Source of the DNA: Aplysia californica
Taxonomy: Eukaryota
Assembly (NCBI RefSeq): GCF_000002075.1
Contig: NW_004797289.1
Coordinates: forward strand, 318,691 to 382,690
Direction: 5' to 3'
DNA: 64,000 nt
Part shown: piece by piece, positions 13,201-25,280 of the stretch
How the letters are laid out: every line of letters begins with the position of its first letter
Numbering within the stretch: position 1 is the first letter of the stretch
Position numbers and translations under genes: made by a program
Notes under the pieces: generated by a model
Seen by the model: only the letters and a program-made list of their open reading frames with translations
Databases searched by the model: none
Told to the model about the DNA's origin: nothing

Positions 13201-14924
13201 ACACACCAATATACTTGCTTACAGACATAACCAGCAGACCACAGAGTGGAGATAGCGCAGAGGGTATGGACACAGTAAAACAAGTAAGACTGAGAGACCC
13301 ACTAAATACTTTTTTTAAAGAGGAAAAAAAAACTGAGAGAAAGAAAAGAAAAGAAAAGAGAAGAAAATAGAAATAGAAAGACGTAGAAAACAGAAAGAAA
13401 AAAAAGGGGAAAAAATGCAGAGTAGACATAGAAAGACGAAGAAAACAGAAAGAAAAAAAAGAAAAAAAATGCAGAGTAGACATAGAAAGAGAGAATGCAT
13501 ATCCCACAGATGTACACACTGACAGACACACACAGGCATAATGAGGGACAAATGGTGTGGCCGCGTAGCCTGCCCCTTCATGCCACCATCTACTGACCTT
13601 CTGCACCAACAACATGGACAAGTGACTGGCTGCCACATACTCCTCATGCCAGCTCTGAAACAAGGATTATGGCCACTCAGCTCACGTATCACTTACCAGG
13701 TACATCACGTATGGTATAGTACCAGGCTCGCAGGTATGGAAAAAAGCTTCAGAGGCATCTATAAAGGCATATCTCACTACTGTCACCGTAAAAAAAAAGT
13801 TACCATCTAGATTTTTAAGTGCTTTAAAAAATAAATTGCAATGACATGATGATGATTTTCGATAAAGTGCTACCTTCCCCTGAGGATGAACTAACTAACA
13901 TACAGCACTCACCACTGGATGAAACCATTTATGAGTTGAATAACATTTGTGGGCAGGCACAGAGTAAAAACCGGTTCAATACTTTAATGATAAACTTGCG
14001 GTACAAGTCAGCATCAGACTAGTAAGCTAGTCCAAGGGGGGGAAGGGGGTTGTAGTTGTCACAGAGAAGCTAGACAGTTCAGGAGTCAGCAAAAGCAAGA
14101 CAATAACAGTAGGGGAAAGAGGCTCCAGGTAGGAAATAGAATAGTAGGGAAAAAATAAAAGCCCCCATCCTTCCTGTCAAATTGCTTGACCTTATACACA
14201 ACTATCGACGTTGCCATGGGGGTCACAGTGGAGTCACAGTTAAGTCTCACAGGAGCAGGAAACAGCCTGCTGTGATTGTCGCGATCCCCAAAGACAGGAG
14301 TAAAGGCTAAACTTGTTTTTTACCTAGTAGTTATAGTAGTACACTCAAGCAAGGCAGAACACCAATAAACAACAATAGGCAGTAGTCTTGCAGGTTTTCA
14401 GTACAGAAGCAGCCGAGAGCACAACCTCGAAATGATAGGACACAGTAACAAAAGTCTTTAAAGCATGGGAACCACAACTGCTGCAGTAAGAAGGTCAATA
14501 ACCCCTGAAGAAGTAAGGCCAGTTAAATACATTTTCACAGGAGGCAGGGATCCAATAACCTTTGCTAAGGAAAGCTGAACAAAATAAAAATTCGCAAGTG
14601 ATTCTTCGTGCATATGTTCTTGTGTGTGTGAACTAGGCGTTAGTAGGGATTGGGACATATGCGCACATCTCTTTATATAAGTTTAAAAAACACATATACA
14701 GAGGTGATTATGAGAAAAAGAAATACCTAAACACACTATACATCTTCTTTCTTGACGAAAAGATATAGGCAATGGTTATTTTCAATCTTTAAAAAAGGCA
14801 TATCACAAACAGCCAAGCTAAAAAATTATATTGAAAAAGAACAAATAAACAAAAACAAAAATACAGCGACAAGAAGGCATGACGCAGTCTTCTTTTTCCT
14901 GAGACTCTTTTGTTTGTTTTTCTT

Positions 14925-15091
14925 TTAGGAGAGGTTTTACGGCGCTCGCAACTGCATAAGGTCATATGAGGGCCAGAAGATTAGAGGTGTTACAAGAGAG
15001 TAACAAAGATAAAAAAGGAGGGGAGATAAGGACGACAGATGTTGGATAGGAAAGAAGAAGCAAACCACACCAAACACCCGCCAACCACTCA
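14925..15091 (-). mobile_element. ~175-bp retroposon, subfamily A
   Basis: consensus match; GAGA(C/T)TCTTT on both flanks as possible TSD. Confidence 0.85.
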
Positions 15092-15607
15092 CCCCGAGAT
15101 TCTTTAGAGAAATGTTGGAAACAGAAATATTTCAAAGACACACTGACCACAATCCTTTTAATCCCTTCTCTCCTAACATATTCCAGGACAAACAAATATA
15201 TTGACTATTTTGACCAGTAATATAGATTTACATGCTTTCAGCTGAGTGTTCAGGTATAACTTAGCCTACAACTCTCAGTACAGATGACTGTGGGAGAAAC
15301 AAGAGCAGCCTCTCTCTCTCAAATATTCACCATGTACAGCTAGATTTATTTCATTAGAACATTTGGTCTACAGTCAGGAGACAGCATTTAAACTTCAGTG
15401 AAATTTTCACTACAGTTACTGAGAATCTGTAAAACTCAGTACTTGTATGTACAAAAATTGTGTATGTTAAGAGAAGCAAAATGGTGAAGGCTATTTCCAG
15501 CCTCACATCTCAACAGTATATATTCACATTGCTGCCAACTTTTCAAAACCAAAATACAGAATCTATCCAGCGGTAAGACGGTGGGCACTGGCCATGAAAC
15601 TTCCTCC

Positions 15608-15835
15608 AAGTGTTTCATACACACTTTTCTGAATTCAATAAAATCAAGCTATTCAAAGTACACCTACAGCAACAGATCTCAGCAACTGAATTGTGGGCTT
15701 CTTTCTCATTATCATTTGCATATCCAGTCTTGAAAGTTCGGAAAACAGATAATAGGCCTTCAAGACAAAAACGGACTTCCATACTCAGACCCTGAAATAA
15801 ACGTATTAAATACATTTTTTACGTACTGGTTGGCG
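15608..15835. repeat. Dispersed ~240-bp repeat, second copy ~24840-25106
   Basis: Shared TTCAATAAA..CACCTACAGC..TTTGCA.ATCC.GTCTTGAAAG..TACTCAGACCCT. Confidence 0.75.
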
Positions 15836-16399
15836 TCTAAGTATTCCGATAACATGAACTTGGTGGCGGCATAGCACTAAACAGTGGAAGTAATTTTTTT
15901 TTTTCAACCCTAAGACTTTACACTCTTTCCTTGATATGTGTTGGCCAAAGGAATTACACAACCCTCACCCAAGCTATGTATATCAAAAATCATAGTCATT
16001 AGCTTATATCTAAAGGAAAATGCAATCGGAAACTTTTTTTAAAAAGCTATAAGAAAGCTTGAAGCATCAAAAACTGTTTTGAAAGCAAAATGGAGAAGGG
16101 CTTTAAAGAGAAGGGAAAAAATATCACAAACAGACCAAAAAAAACAAACTACTGCAGCTGAGAGTTCCCACCTGAACAGACCTCTGGGCTATGCCAGACA
16201 AAAATGGTTACACACAACAATAAAGGATTCACTTAGTCATTTTGTCAACATAACAACAACTCAATACAACTATATTAAGAAGTCAATTATCAATCAGAGG
16301 CAGGGTATATCGATAAACAAACCTGAACAATTCCACTTCATCATAAGAAAGTTGTAACATCCAACAACAGTGGGGGTTGATAACCAGAGAAAAACAGAA

Positions 16400-16556
16400 A
16401 ATGTAAAGTAACTCCCAACCTCCCCCCCTCATTTTAATATACTGCACAACCCACAGGGTCACAGTGGGGTTACAGTTTTGTCTGACAGGAACAGGAAACA
16501 GCAGACTGTGATCATCGTGACACTTGAAGCTATAGGAGGTTATACTTTACTTTTAC
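16400..16556. mobile_element. Old MITE-like family with AAAAGTAAAG/CTTTACTTTT ends; related copies ~11259-11440, 14150-14320, 31100-31245, 32897-33070
   Basis: Shared GGGTCACAGTGG / AGCAGTTCAAAATAG internal motifs and short inverted ends. Confidence 0.55.
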
Positions 16557-16648
16557 TGCAAAGCTCAACTCATAACAAATGAATGCGAAAATGCTGCTCC
16601 TGCAGAGCAGTCCAGACGGTCGAACAAACGAGCAGGTTGTGAACTCAC

Positions 16649-16845
16649 CCTCTGCTGTATGTCCACTAGCTCAATCACTTGGATGGGACCGTCCATGATG
16701 ACACGCACAGACACACAGCCCGAGCCCGGCCGCAACTTCTGCCTTGACACCATGGTGTGTCTCTGTGGTGGGGCTGTCGGCTGTATCTGGGGGTCGGTGG
16801 GTGCCGGGTCTTGACTGTGTCCAGGTCCCAGCACTGCGATAGCAC
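16649..16845 (-). CDS. VPS13D: VPS13D exon (GAIAVLGPG..QKLRPGSGCVSVRVIMDGPIQVIELVDIQQR)
   Basis: tag| ... |gtgag, phase 1 to 0. Confidence 0.92.
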
Positions 16846-17666
16846 CTACGACGATAAGGCAGTTTGTTTGAGCAAAGAAATGCATATCGACACAGTAAAA
16901 GTCATTTTGTGCAACAAAAGGCAAGACAGACAAACAGAAACAACAGAGGGGAAAAAACTATAAAAAATAAATGGGATCTCTACCGCTGGCATCTCCAACA
17001 TCTTCGATACATCAAAGATAAGACATAGAATAAAACACTTTATCAATCCCTCAAGGGAAAAAACTTCAAACAACTTTTCTAGATGTAAAAAAAATAGATT
17101 TAGATCAATGTATTCTCTTGCTCATTCCTTTCCAATCATTTGTGTTTTACCTTTATATATGTAGGAAACAGGAGTCTCAACTCTGTAAAAAGGTCGAATT
17201 AGATCTAAAGCTATCCTTTTATTCATCACCGGCTTTAGATTTATTGTGGTCACAGACTGTTATAAAAAATACTACGATCAACACTAAACTCTGAAGTATC
17301 ATTATCTTCACTGTCAAGCACAGAAAGACACAGTCGGTCTAGATAAGATACATACTATTCTTTACTACAAAGGATTACCCTCAATGTCTACTGAGTAGAC
17401 ATGCCGGCTTCAAAGAAATAAAGACCCTTGGCAATCTTGAAAAAAAAAATGCGTCCATTTCTAAACAAATTTATTTACATTGAGATTCATAATGTATGTT
17501 ATTTTCTCTTACACAAATGCAAAATTCGAAGAATAAATCTCATTTTGATGACACACTTCTCTCAATACAACTTAACAAAGAAATCAACTGTCAATCAGAA
17601 GCAGGGTAATTTAACAAATAAACCTAACATCATTAACATAACAATAGTTCTCATTTGTGGTCGTAC

Positions 17667-17739
17667 CATCTTGTAAAGCCTTGACTCCTCCCACTGCTTG
17701 CACACACATCAGTCCCGCATGACAACACAACTGGCCTTG
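17667..17739 (-). CDS. VPS13D: VPS13D exon (QGQLCCHAGLMCVQAVGGVKALQDG)
   Basis: ttccag| ... |gtacg, phase 0 to 1. Confidence 0.88.
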
Positions 17740-18405
17740 CTGGAAACAAAGAGGTACAATAATAAATAAAAAGAAATCTGCATTATGTCCTCCACCTCCT
17801 CCTCTGTCTGTTGTAGAGCCATGCTTTAAATTTAGTCAGCACAACTAACCATCAGCTTCTCAGTTTACCCCCCCCCCCCTCCCCCCTTTTTCTTTTTTCA
17901 ACACCCATATTAATAAATACAACCACATCTCATATAAGACAATAGAAACTGGATCAGGAAAACGTTTACTTACCAACTCACAAACAGAGAACCTTGTGCC
18001 CTTTCCTTTTCATAATTTTCCCAAATATCAAAGTTATACAAGTCTGGATGTAAATTTAAGCAAAATAGAAATCTCTTTGAGTTAAGACCTGAAAGCATCT
18101 TTCAGCAATAGAAAGCAAAATGAATTATTTAAAAAAACTATTTAGGAGATAAAACAAAAGACAGCATTAGTACTTAACACTTTATGAGAATCACTCATGA
18201 GTACTAAAGCCTAGAAATGTACTCGATACCAATTGCTTGGTATTGATAAGAGCAAAGTTCTACTTACAAACATTCTTTTCAGTCTTAATCAGAGCCAACA
18301 ATACCATGTCATTTATATCAGAACCACTTATTACAACACAGACACTTCAAAAGCTGATTTTTCAACAGTGTCATTGTAAGGATTTTACAGCCCCAGCAAC
18401 ACTAT

Positions 18406-18844
18406 TTGTGTCATGACGTGGTGGAATCAGGCGCTCGTCAATTTTTGGGCATGTAGAGTTATTAGAATCATCTCAAAGCTTATTTATTCGCCTCGCTTCT
18501 AATGAAACAAATATCGATTTATCTTGGATAGAACTCAAGATATTTGCGATTGAAGGAAGTGAGGTCGCCTGGTGTAAGTGGTGAAATTAGCGAGTAAATG
18601 GCCGCCAAAGGTTGGTAAGTCCAATAGCTAAAGAGTCTTTGAAAACTGAAAGATGACATATTTTGTGCCTTTAATAAATGTTTTAAAGTAAAATTCACAT
18701 GGAAATGTGTTTTTAAATGGATGTAAAAGAGGTTAAGCCAAAAAAAAAAAATTCGATAAAAATGTCCAAACTGGCGGAATAACGCCCGTTTCTCCGATTT
18801 TGTTATTTTGATGAGCGCCTGATTTCACCGCGCTGCCTCACATT
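18406..18844. mobile_element. MITE with ~30-bp TIRs (GGTG.AATCAGGCGCTC.TCAA); second copy 39845-40248
   Basis: Inverted termini; two copies in window. Confidence 0.85.
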
Positions 18845-18963
18845 TAGACAATTTTCACAGCCGGTTTCTTAGAATATTCAACGGTAAAATTGTCCTCAGA
18901 TAAACTCTAGCTAGAATACAAACGAAAAAGCCCCATGCTCCGTATATCTGAACCCTTGAGTAC

Positions 18964-19188
18964 CTCTGTGAATCTCCACGTCTGTGTCGATCGGCGCCTT
19001 ACGTCCGGTTTCCTCAGGACCAGCGGCACCGACTGACCTGGCCTCGGGGCAATGTCAGCAATGTCCAGGACAAGTCCTGGCTCACTTGCAGTGGCCGAGC
19101 TGCGTGGGTCGCGGGGTGGCATGGAACCCTCATGCTCCAACATGCCTGAGCCCGTCATACGCCACAGCTGGGACCTCTTACTCTTCTC
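18964..19188 (-). CDS. VPS13D: VPS13D exon, ricin-B-like segment (EKSKRSQLWRMTGSGMLEHEGS..RRSTQTWRFTE)
   Basis: gacag| ... |gtact, 225 nt; QxW motifs. Confidence 0.93.
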
Positions 19189-19212
19189 CTGTCACAGTAG
19201 AGAATCCAAGGT

Positions 19213-19422
19213 TATAATAATAATAATAATAACAACAACAGTAATAATAAAACTAGTAATGATTTCAACCACAATTGAAACCAGAAATAACAATAGTACA
19301 ATTGTGACGTTCCTATCAATACTTCCATTAATAATAATAACAAAAACAATAACAAAAATAATGATAATAATATAACTACAACTACTACAACTAATATGAC
19401 AACAACACTAATAATAATAAAA
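19213..19422. repeat. (AAT/AAC)n low-complexity tract
   Basis: direct inspection. Confidence 0.85.
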
Positions 19423-19597
19423 ACATCCTCACAGTAATGGCTATTTAAAGCAGGGAAAAAGTAAAACATACAGACAGAAATAACAGAAAGGAAGAAAATA
19501 GTGAGAACCACCAATGGTGCCTTCAAACCACTTACATAAAACACTCACGCAAAAGACTCACAGAGACAATAGCAGAGCATTATGGTCCACTACTCAC

Positions 19598-19670
19598 CTT
19601 CTTTTTAAACACAATGTTGTTGTTGTGGACACAGTCCAACACCAGCTCATGGCACGCTCCCTCCCAGTTT
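19598..19670 (-). CDS. VPS13D: VPS13D exon (NWEGACHELVLDCVHNNNIVFKKK)
   Basis: ccccag| ... |gtgag, phase 2 to 0. Confidence 0.88.
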
Positions 19671-20043
19671 CTGGGGAGGGCACAATCATTGTTTCTCAGC
19701 ATATAAACAATGACAGAAAATTAAGCAATTATGCTTTTTTTTAGGGGGGGGGGGGGTGCATATTTTCTTGGCCCATGTTGTTGTTGTTTTCAATCCCTTA
19801 AGTTGCGAGCATTTCGCACTAAACTAAATTCTTGGCACATAAACACAGACAGAAGAATATAATAGTAAACAAACTCTCATCAGAAAAAATTATTACCATC
19901 TTGAACATCTCAAACATAGTCCACAGTTAATGAGTTACATACGCGATTGTAACCATGAGACCAGAGTCTAAACCATACAAATACCCGGCTTAAATCGAAA
20001 AGCGTCTTGTAAGGAGGCGAATATTGACACACTTCACAAATAA

Positions 20044-20210
20044 CCAGTTATGACCCCAATGATGACTTCCAAAATGACCACTTATGACATGACCACGATG
20101 ATAATCATAATTATGACCTTAGAGGACCATAGTTATGACCACAATGATGACCGTTGATGACCATAGTTATGTCAATAGCACAATGATGACCATAGTTATG
20201 ACCACAATGG
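20044..20210. repeat. Degenerate tandem repeat (ATGACCATAGTTATGACCACAATG)
   Basis: recurring ATGACC motif. Confidence 0.75.
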
Positions 20211-20341
20211 GGGACCTCGGCAAACCCTGAAGAAAACGAAATCAACGACAGGCAAAACTCTCAGCAAACGAGAAGAAATAAAAATAGCCAAACGTTTTCG
20301 ACCATTTTCTGTCCTCATTCACACACAGCACCATCCCCCAC

Positions 20342-20501
20342 CTGTCAAAAGTAGCTGTGGCAGCTAAGTAGATAAAGTTCTCGTAGTGGAGCTGTGCTCC
20401 CTCCTCCAGCTTGTCCAGGGCGTACTTGGCAGAGGTTCCGCCCATCACACTCAGGGTCAGCATGAGGGGGCGGAGCGTCGGCTCATCCCAGGCATATGGA
20501 A
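20342..20501 (-). CDS. VPS13D: VPS13D exon (PYAWDEPTLRP..LHYENFIYLAATATFD)
   Basis: ttgtag| ... |gtggg, phase 1 to 2; YAWDEP motif. Confidence 0.93.
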
Positions 20502-21179
20502 CTACAAGAACAACAAGAAGATCCAGTAAGGCATTTTTTTTTTTTTTAAATCCCTTGCCCATTTATATTTGACGCCATCTGATTAGTAGAAAAAAATGCA
20601 TATCTCAGTGTCTAGTAGTGTATTACGTGCATAATTAGTATGACATGTAACTGTTACAGATAGAGATTCAAGGATTATAGATGTAAGTTAATCATCTGCG
20701 AGCAATGATGAATTTAGAAATAATGGTGGTGATGAGGTGGTAAGGCTTCATATTATCATCCACTTGTGCAGGAAAAGAGAAACAAATGAATTATAACTAT
20801 TTGGGAAAAAAAAAAACTTTCACAAATCATACCTAATTCACTTCTTTCACTTGGGGCGTGAGGCTAGAAACTGAAACATTTCATTCGACCTGAGACAAAT
20901 GGCCTTACAAATTTTGCTGATTAAAGACGGTGAAGTCAACAAAGTCCATGTAAAATTAACCCTTCATCAGATCTTGTTGGAGAATTAAAAAGAAAAAAAA
21001 AGACATTTTAATTTACTGATCTGTGTATATAGACTTTTTAAAACAGTATCTGTTCCCATCAAAATGCTCATAGGACCATGTGTCAGGGGTATGCCACCTC
21101 CCAGTACCCCTGGTCTTCCCCCTAACTGTCGTAAATAATACAGCGTTCATGTAGTTGCTTATGACAAAAACAAACTCAC

Positions 21180-21252
21180 TTGAGGTCTGGGGCTGTATGA
21201 AAGTTTTCAGTTTCTCTTCCTGGGCTCCAGTCTGGTAGTAGAGAACTGGCAC
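21180..21252 (-). CDS. VPS13D: VPS13D exon (VPVLYYQTGAQEEKLKTFIQPQTS)
   Basis: tttag| ... |gtgag, phase 0 to 1. Confidence 0.9.
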
Positions 21253-21995
21253 CTAAACAAAGAGATAGTGAGTGAATGAGTGAGTGAGTGAGCAAGCAAG
21301 CACAGGAGTGGGTGGGTAGGTGTGAGTGTGCAAGCGCATGTGAGAAAGAAGGGCTGGGGTGGGGTACAATGGGATGGGAGGAGGAAATAAAGGCGAAAAT
21401 GAGAGACAGAAAAACAGAGACTGCCAAACACACAGAAAACGAAAATGAGCCCTAAAATCTCTCCATAAATAATAATATAAGAAAAGCAAGAACAAAAAAA
21501 GAAGTAGGAGAAGAAAAAGAATTTTAAACATAATAGATATGATGACTATTAAAATTTTAAAAATTTACTAATTATAAAACAGCATTATTAACGATAATGA
21601 TGGAGATGAAAATCATAATTATAAACAAAGCACCCTTTAAAAAAAGAATACTGTGCATCCACAAAAAAGAGCGAGTAGTAAAATGAATTTCAGCTGAAAT
21701 TATATATTTTCCCATCAAAGCAGTTTAAAGATTAAATGTAGAATGAAGTCCTCCTCATTCCATTACTACTTCTTTTCTTTCCTTCTGTTATTCCGGTCTT
21801 TTGGCTTTGCACAATCAGCAAGCAGACCCTTTCATGGATCCTAAAGAGGAGGGAGGAGCAGCTATGGCATGTGCCACCTGCAATGATGCCTATTCTCCAA
21901 CCAAGTAAGTAAACAAGGCTTTACTTTCTCCTTGCGCGGAACAACTTTTACTGTGTCACTGTGCTTCTCTTTACTTAAACTTAAACAAAGCTCAC

Positions 21996-22119
21996 ATCAC
22001 TGAGGTTATCAATCCGGAAAGGAGGCGGCATCACATCGGCATCAGCAAACACAATGAAGAAGGTTGGCCCTTGTTGGACGACCTCCACCTTGAGCAGGTG
22101 ACACTTTCCTGTGTTGTCC
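21996..22119 (-). CDS. VPS13D: VPS13D exon (DNTGKCHLLKVEVVQQGPTFFIVF..PPPFRIDNLSD)
   Basis: ttccag| ... |gtgag, phase 2 to 0. Confidence 0.93.
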
Positions 22120-22321
22120 CTGGAATGAAAGTTGTTTGTTAGTTTGTTTGAGTAAACAGAAGCACATCAAAACAATAATGGTCTTGTTACTGCAGGGAAG
22201 GAGCCAGATAGACAGACAGAAAAAATAGAGGGAAAAAATAGAAGTAGAACCAATCAGTGGCTCCCTCCAATCAGCGAATAAAAAATTTAGAGATTTTGAG
22301 CCAAAAAGTCATTAGCTACTT

Positions 22322-22447
22322 TAGTTTAGTTTTAGTAAGAGTTTTACGGCACTTGCCACACAATAAGGTCATATAACTGCTGAAGCCGATAGATGTTTGA
22401 TAAGAAAGAAGGAGCGAACCACACCAGAGCAAACCCCAACCACCCAC
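22322..22447 (-). mobile_element. ~175-bp retroposon, subfamily B, internally deleted
   Basis: consensus match; ATT(A/C)GCTACTTTA on both flanks (TSD). Confidence 0.85.
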
Positions 22448-22928
22448 ATTCGCTACTTTAAATGGGATTTGTAAATAAATTTCCTGTACAAATACAAATA
22501 TTATTACATTTTTTTCAGTATTTGTTATGTTCTCTCATTATCGTTTATTCATGCTGCTCTGTTCTGTAACAATTTTATAACTGTGTGATGTCACCAATGT
22601 GTACAAGGGTGTCTGGGTAAGTTTTGTGGGATTGTCTTTACTCAAGGATGTACTTGGGAGAGAGAGAGAGCTAGANNNNNNNNNNNNNNNNNNNNNNNNN
22701 NNNNNNNNNNNNNNNNNNNNNNNNNNNNNNNNNNNNNNNNNNNNNNNNNNNNNNNNNNNNNNNNNNNNNNNNNNNNNNNNNNNNNNNNNNNNNNNNNNNN
22801 NNNNNNNNNNNNNNNNNNNNNNNNNNNNNNNNNNNNNNNNNNNNNNNNNNNNNNNNNNNNNNNNNNNNNNNNNNNNNNNNNNNNNNNNNNNNNNNNNNNN
22901 NNNNNNNNNNNNNNNNNNNNNNNNNNNN

Positions 22929-23012
22929 GCTGTGCGTTGCATATTGTTCTTTGTTTGTATTATTGTACAGCGCATTGAGCACTTCTTTGTGGAAATGCGC
23001 TATATAAATGCA

Positions 23013-23044
<32 letters not shown>
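22929..23044 (+). mobile_element. L2/CR1-type LINE or SINE 3' end with (TTA)n tail
   Basis: TGTACAGCGCATTGAG..GCGCTATATAAATGC then (TTA)n. Confidence 0.75.
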
Positions 23045-23451
23045 GGAAGAGGTGAAAAAGGGAAACCAAGTTTACCAGGCTTTTTATTCATTTTGAGGTA
23101 TCTTTCTCTCAGAGAGAAATTCCGACCAAGAAACACCCGAGAAAGAGATCTGGAGGTAGATCTTAGGCATAAACGGTACAGCAGGAAGGTGGAGAACCCA
23201 ACACCAGGGTGAAAGAAGCAGAGGATAATAAACTATTGACAAAGAACACTATATCAGCATTGCACATATATATAAAACACAAACTACAACTAAGAAAGTT
23301 AGCTTCATTTGCACAATTTCTACTCATACCTCAAATCTGTTGGACTCTTTACAAGTAAAAAAAAAACATTGTGACGAAGACAACGACACAAAATGCAAAC
23401 TAAATAATGTGTCTAAGATGGCTGTATGAAATGCCTGATCTTGTCACCCAC

Positions 23452-23621
23452 CTCATATTGATGTGGAACGAGTCGATGCGGTCAATGTGAAACCCGCCCG
23501 ACCAGTGGCACTGCGGCAGGTCCAGATTTTTCACACACAGCAGTTGGTCCAGGTCAACCCGAGGCCAGTGGAAAGGCAGCTTGCAGTGAGGAAGTGCAGT
23601 CAGGTAGTCGGGTTTGATTGC
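23452..23621 (-). CDS. VPS13D: VPS13D exon (..PFHWPRVDLDQLLCVK..CHWSGGFHIDRIDSFHINMR)
   Basis: cacag| ... |gtggg, phase 0 to 2; VAB/SHR-BD repeat motif. Confidence 0.93.
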
Positions 23622-23740
23622 CTGTGGCAGGGTAAAACATTTAGGTATTTCACTTCTTTCAACATTTGCGTTAAATCTGAACGTCTTTTTTTTTTTCTTC
23701 ATTGTAAAAAGGTCGAGTCATATCACTTCATTTTCTGACT

Positions 23741-24024
23741 TTGTTTTGTTTTAGTAGAGGTTTACGGTGCTTGCAACTGCATAAGGTCGTATGAGCGCCA
23801 ATTTCCTGACTTTGTGTTACATCTAAATAGTGTTTTAATAATACCCATCCAAAATTCTTAGTTCACTGTGTACATTTCATGTCTCTTTCAACACAATTCA
23901 CATATTTACTAGAAAGTGAGCTGTTTCGACCCTACCACTCAGGGCCAACCCGGACAGAGTTATATTTTTTTTATAGTAGAGGGTTTTACGACGCTCGCAA
24001 CTGCAAAAGGTCATATGAGCGCCA
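23741..24024 (-). mobile_element. Two 5'-truncated retroposon A copies (23741-23800; 23965-24024) retaining only the 3' hairpin and tail
   Basis: consensus match; first copy flanked by TTT(T/C)CTGACTTTGT. Confidence 0.8.
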
Positions 24025-24599
24025 AGGGGTGAGTGTCAACAGAGAAGTCTTTACAGGGAATCAGACTTAGACTGCTCACCTCTCTAGCTTCAACAGCACA
24101 AGGTCTGCTTCGACTATCAAGGCACTCCAAAATAGCAGGTCACAAGAGAGTGACAAACATACAAAAGAAGTAGAGGAAAATGATAATAGTAAGGATCAGG
24201 AAAGAAAAAGCAGCAGTTCCCTGTTGTAGACCAGGCACAGTTATGAGCGTGACATGAGTCAGCCCATTTACAATTCTACTATGCTTGAACGAGAAATGTC
24301 CCCCCTTTGGTAATGGCCCAAAGACACTACAGTCAGTGGCACTGCCCCATGGGAACCAGACAGAGTGAGAAACAACATCCAAGCAGACGGACAGAGATTA
24401 TTAATAAAACAAAAATATTGAAAAAATTCCCACTCCGGAACCATAATCCATTCTTTTGCATCCAGCATTCATTCCACCACGGTCACAAGTCGAAATGTTC
24501 ACGAATGGTTTCTAAAACAGATAAACAACCAAGCAGTTGACCTTTCTCTCGTAAGAATGTTCGCAATTGGTTTCTTAAATAAACATCCCAGCAACTGAC

Positions 24600-24744
24600 C
24601 TCTCTCTTGCTCATGAACTGCTGGGCGATGGCCAGCTTGAAGCTTGACTGGTTGTCTAGTTCAAACCGGGGAGCAAAGGTCACGATGTTCGTGCCTCGAT
24701 ACCGACCTCTCCCTGGGGTTACCTGGATGCCAATGGTGTAGACC
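24600..24744 (-). CDS. VPS13D: VPS13D exon (VYTIGIQVTPGRGRYRGTNIVTFAPRFELDN..)
   Basis: cacag| ... |gtcag, phase 2 to 0. Confidence 0.93.
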
Positions 24745-25280
24745 CTGTGAACACACCAGGCAGACAAAATGGTGCAAAGGCATAAAGGAGGATGAGCAAA
24801 ATGAAGATAAAATTGGCCGCGTAATTCTCCCTCCATACCCTTCATACACTCTTTTCTCCATTCAATAAATTCAAGCTTCAAAGCGCACCTACAGCGAAAC
24901 ATGTCTCCAGTTACCTAATGACCTTCATTCTCATTGCTATTTGCAAATCCGGTCTTGAAAGTTCCTAATTTTTTACCAACATCGGAAAGTTCGAGAGGAG
25001 CAGTACTAGAAACACATATGATATGTAGTTTGCGATAAGAAAACTGACATGTGTACTCAGACCCTAAAAAAAAATATTAAATACGTTTTTTACACACTAG
25101 TTGGCAGCTATGTGATATTAAGAAGGCAAGATTTTTCATTCAGTGTCCATCTCTGATACGACTGAGCCGTGGAAACCCTCAAACAACCCAAACTCAAGAA
25201 CACTCCACTGAGGACTATGGTCGCAGTCATCCCTACTGTAGTCCACCTGAATACCAACTGAGCTATCTGTGTCCTTGTAA

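Noticed and set aside
25130-25260. Coding-looking stretch upstream of exon 24600-24744
   Set aside because: No suitable donor, and the flanking exons already join in frame with a conserved-looking sequence.
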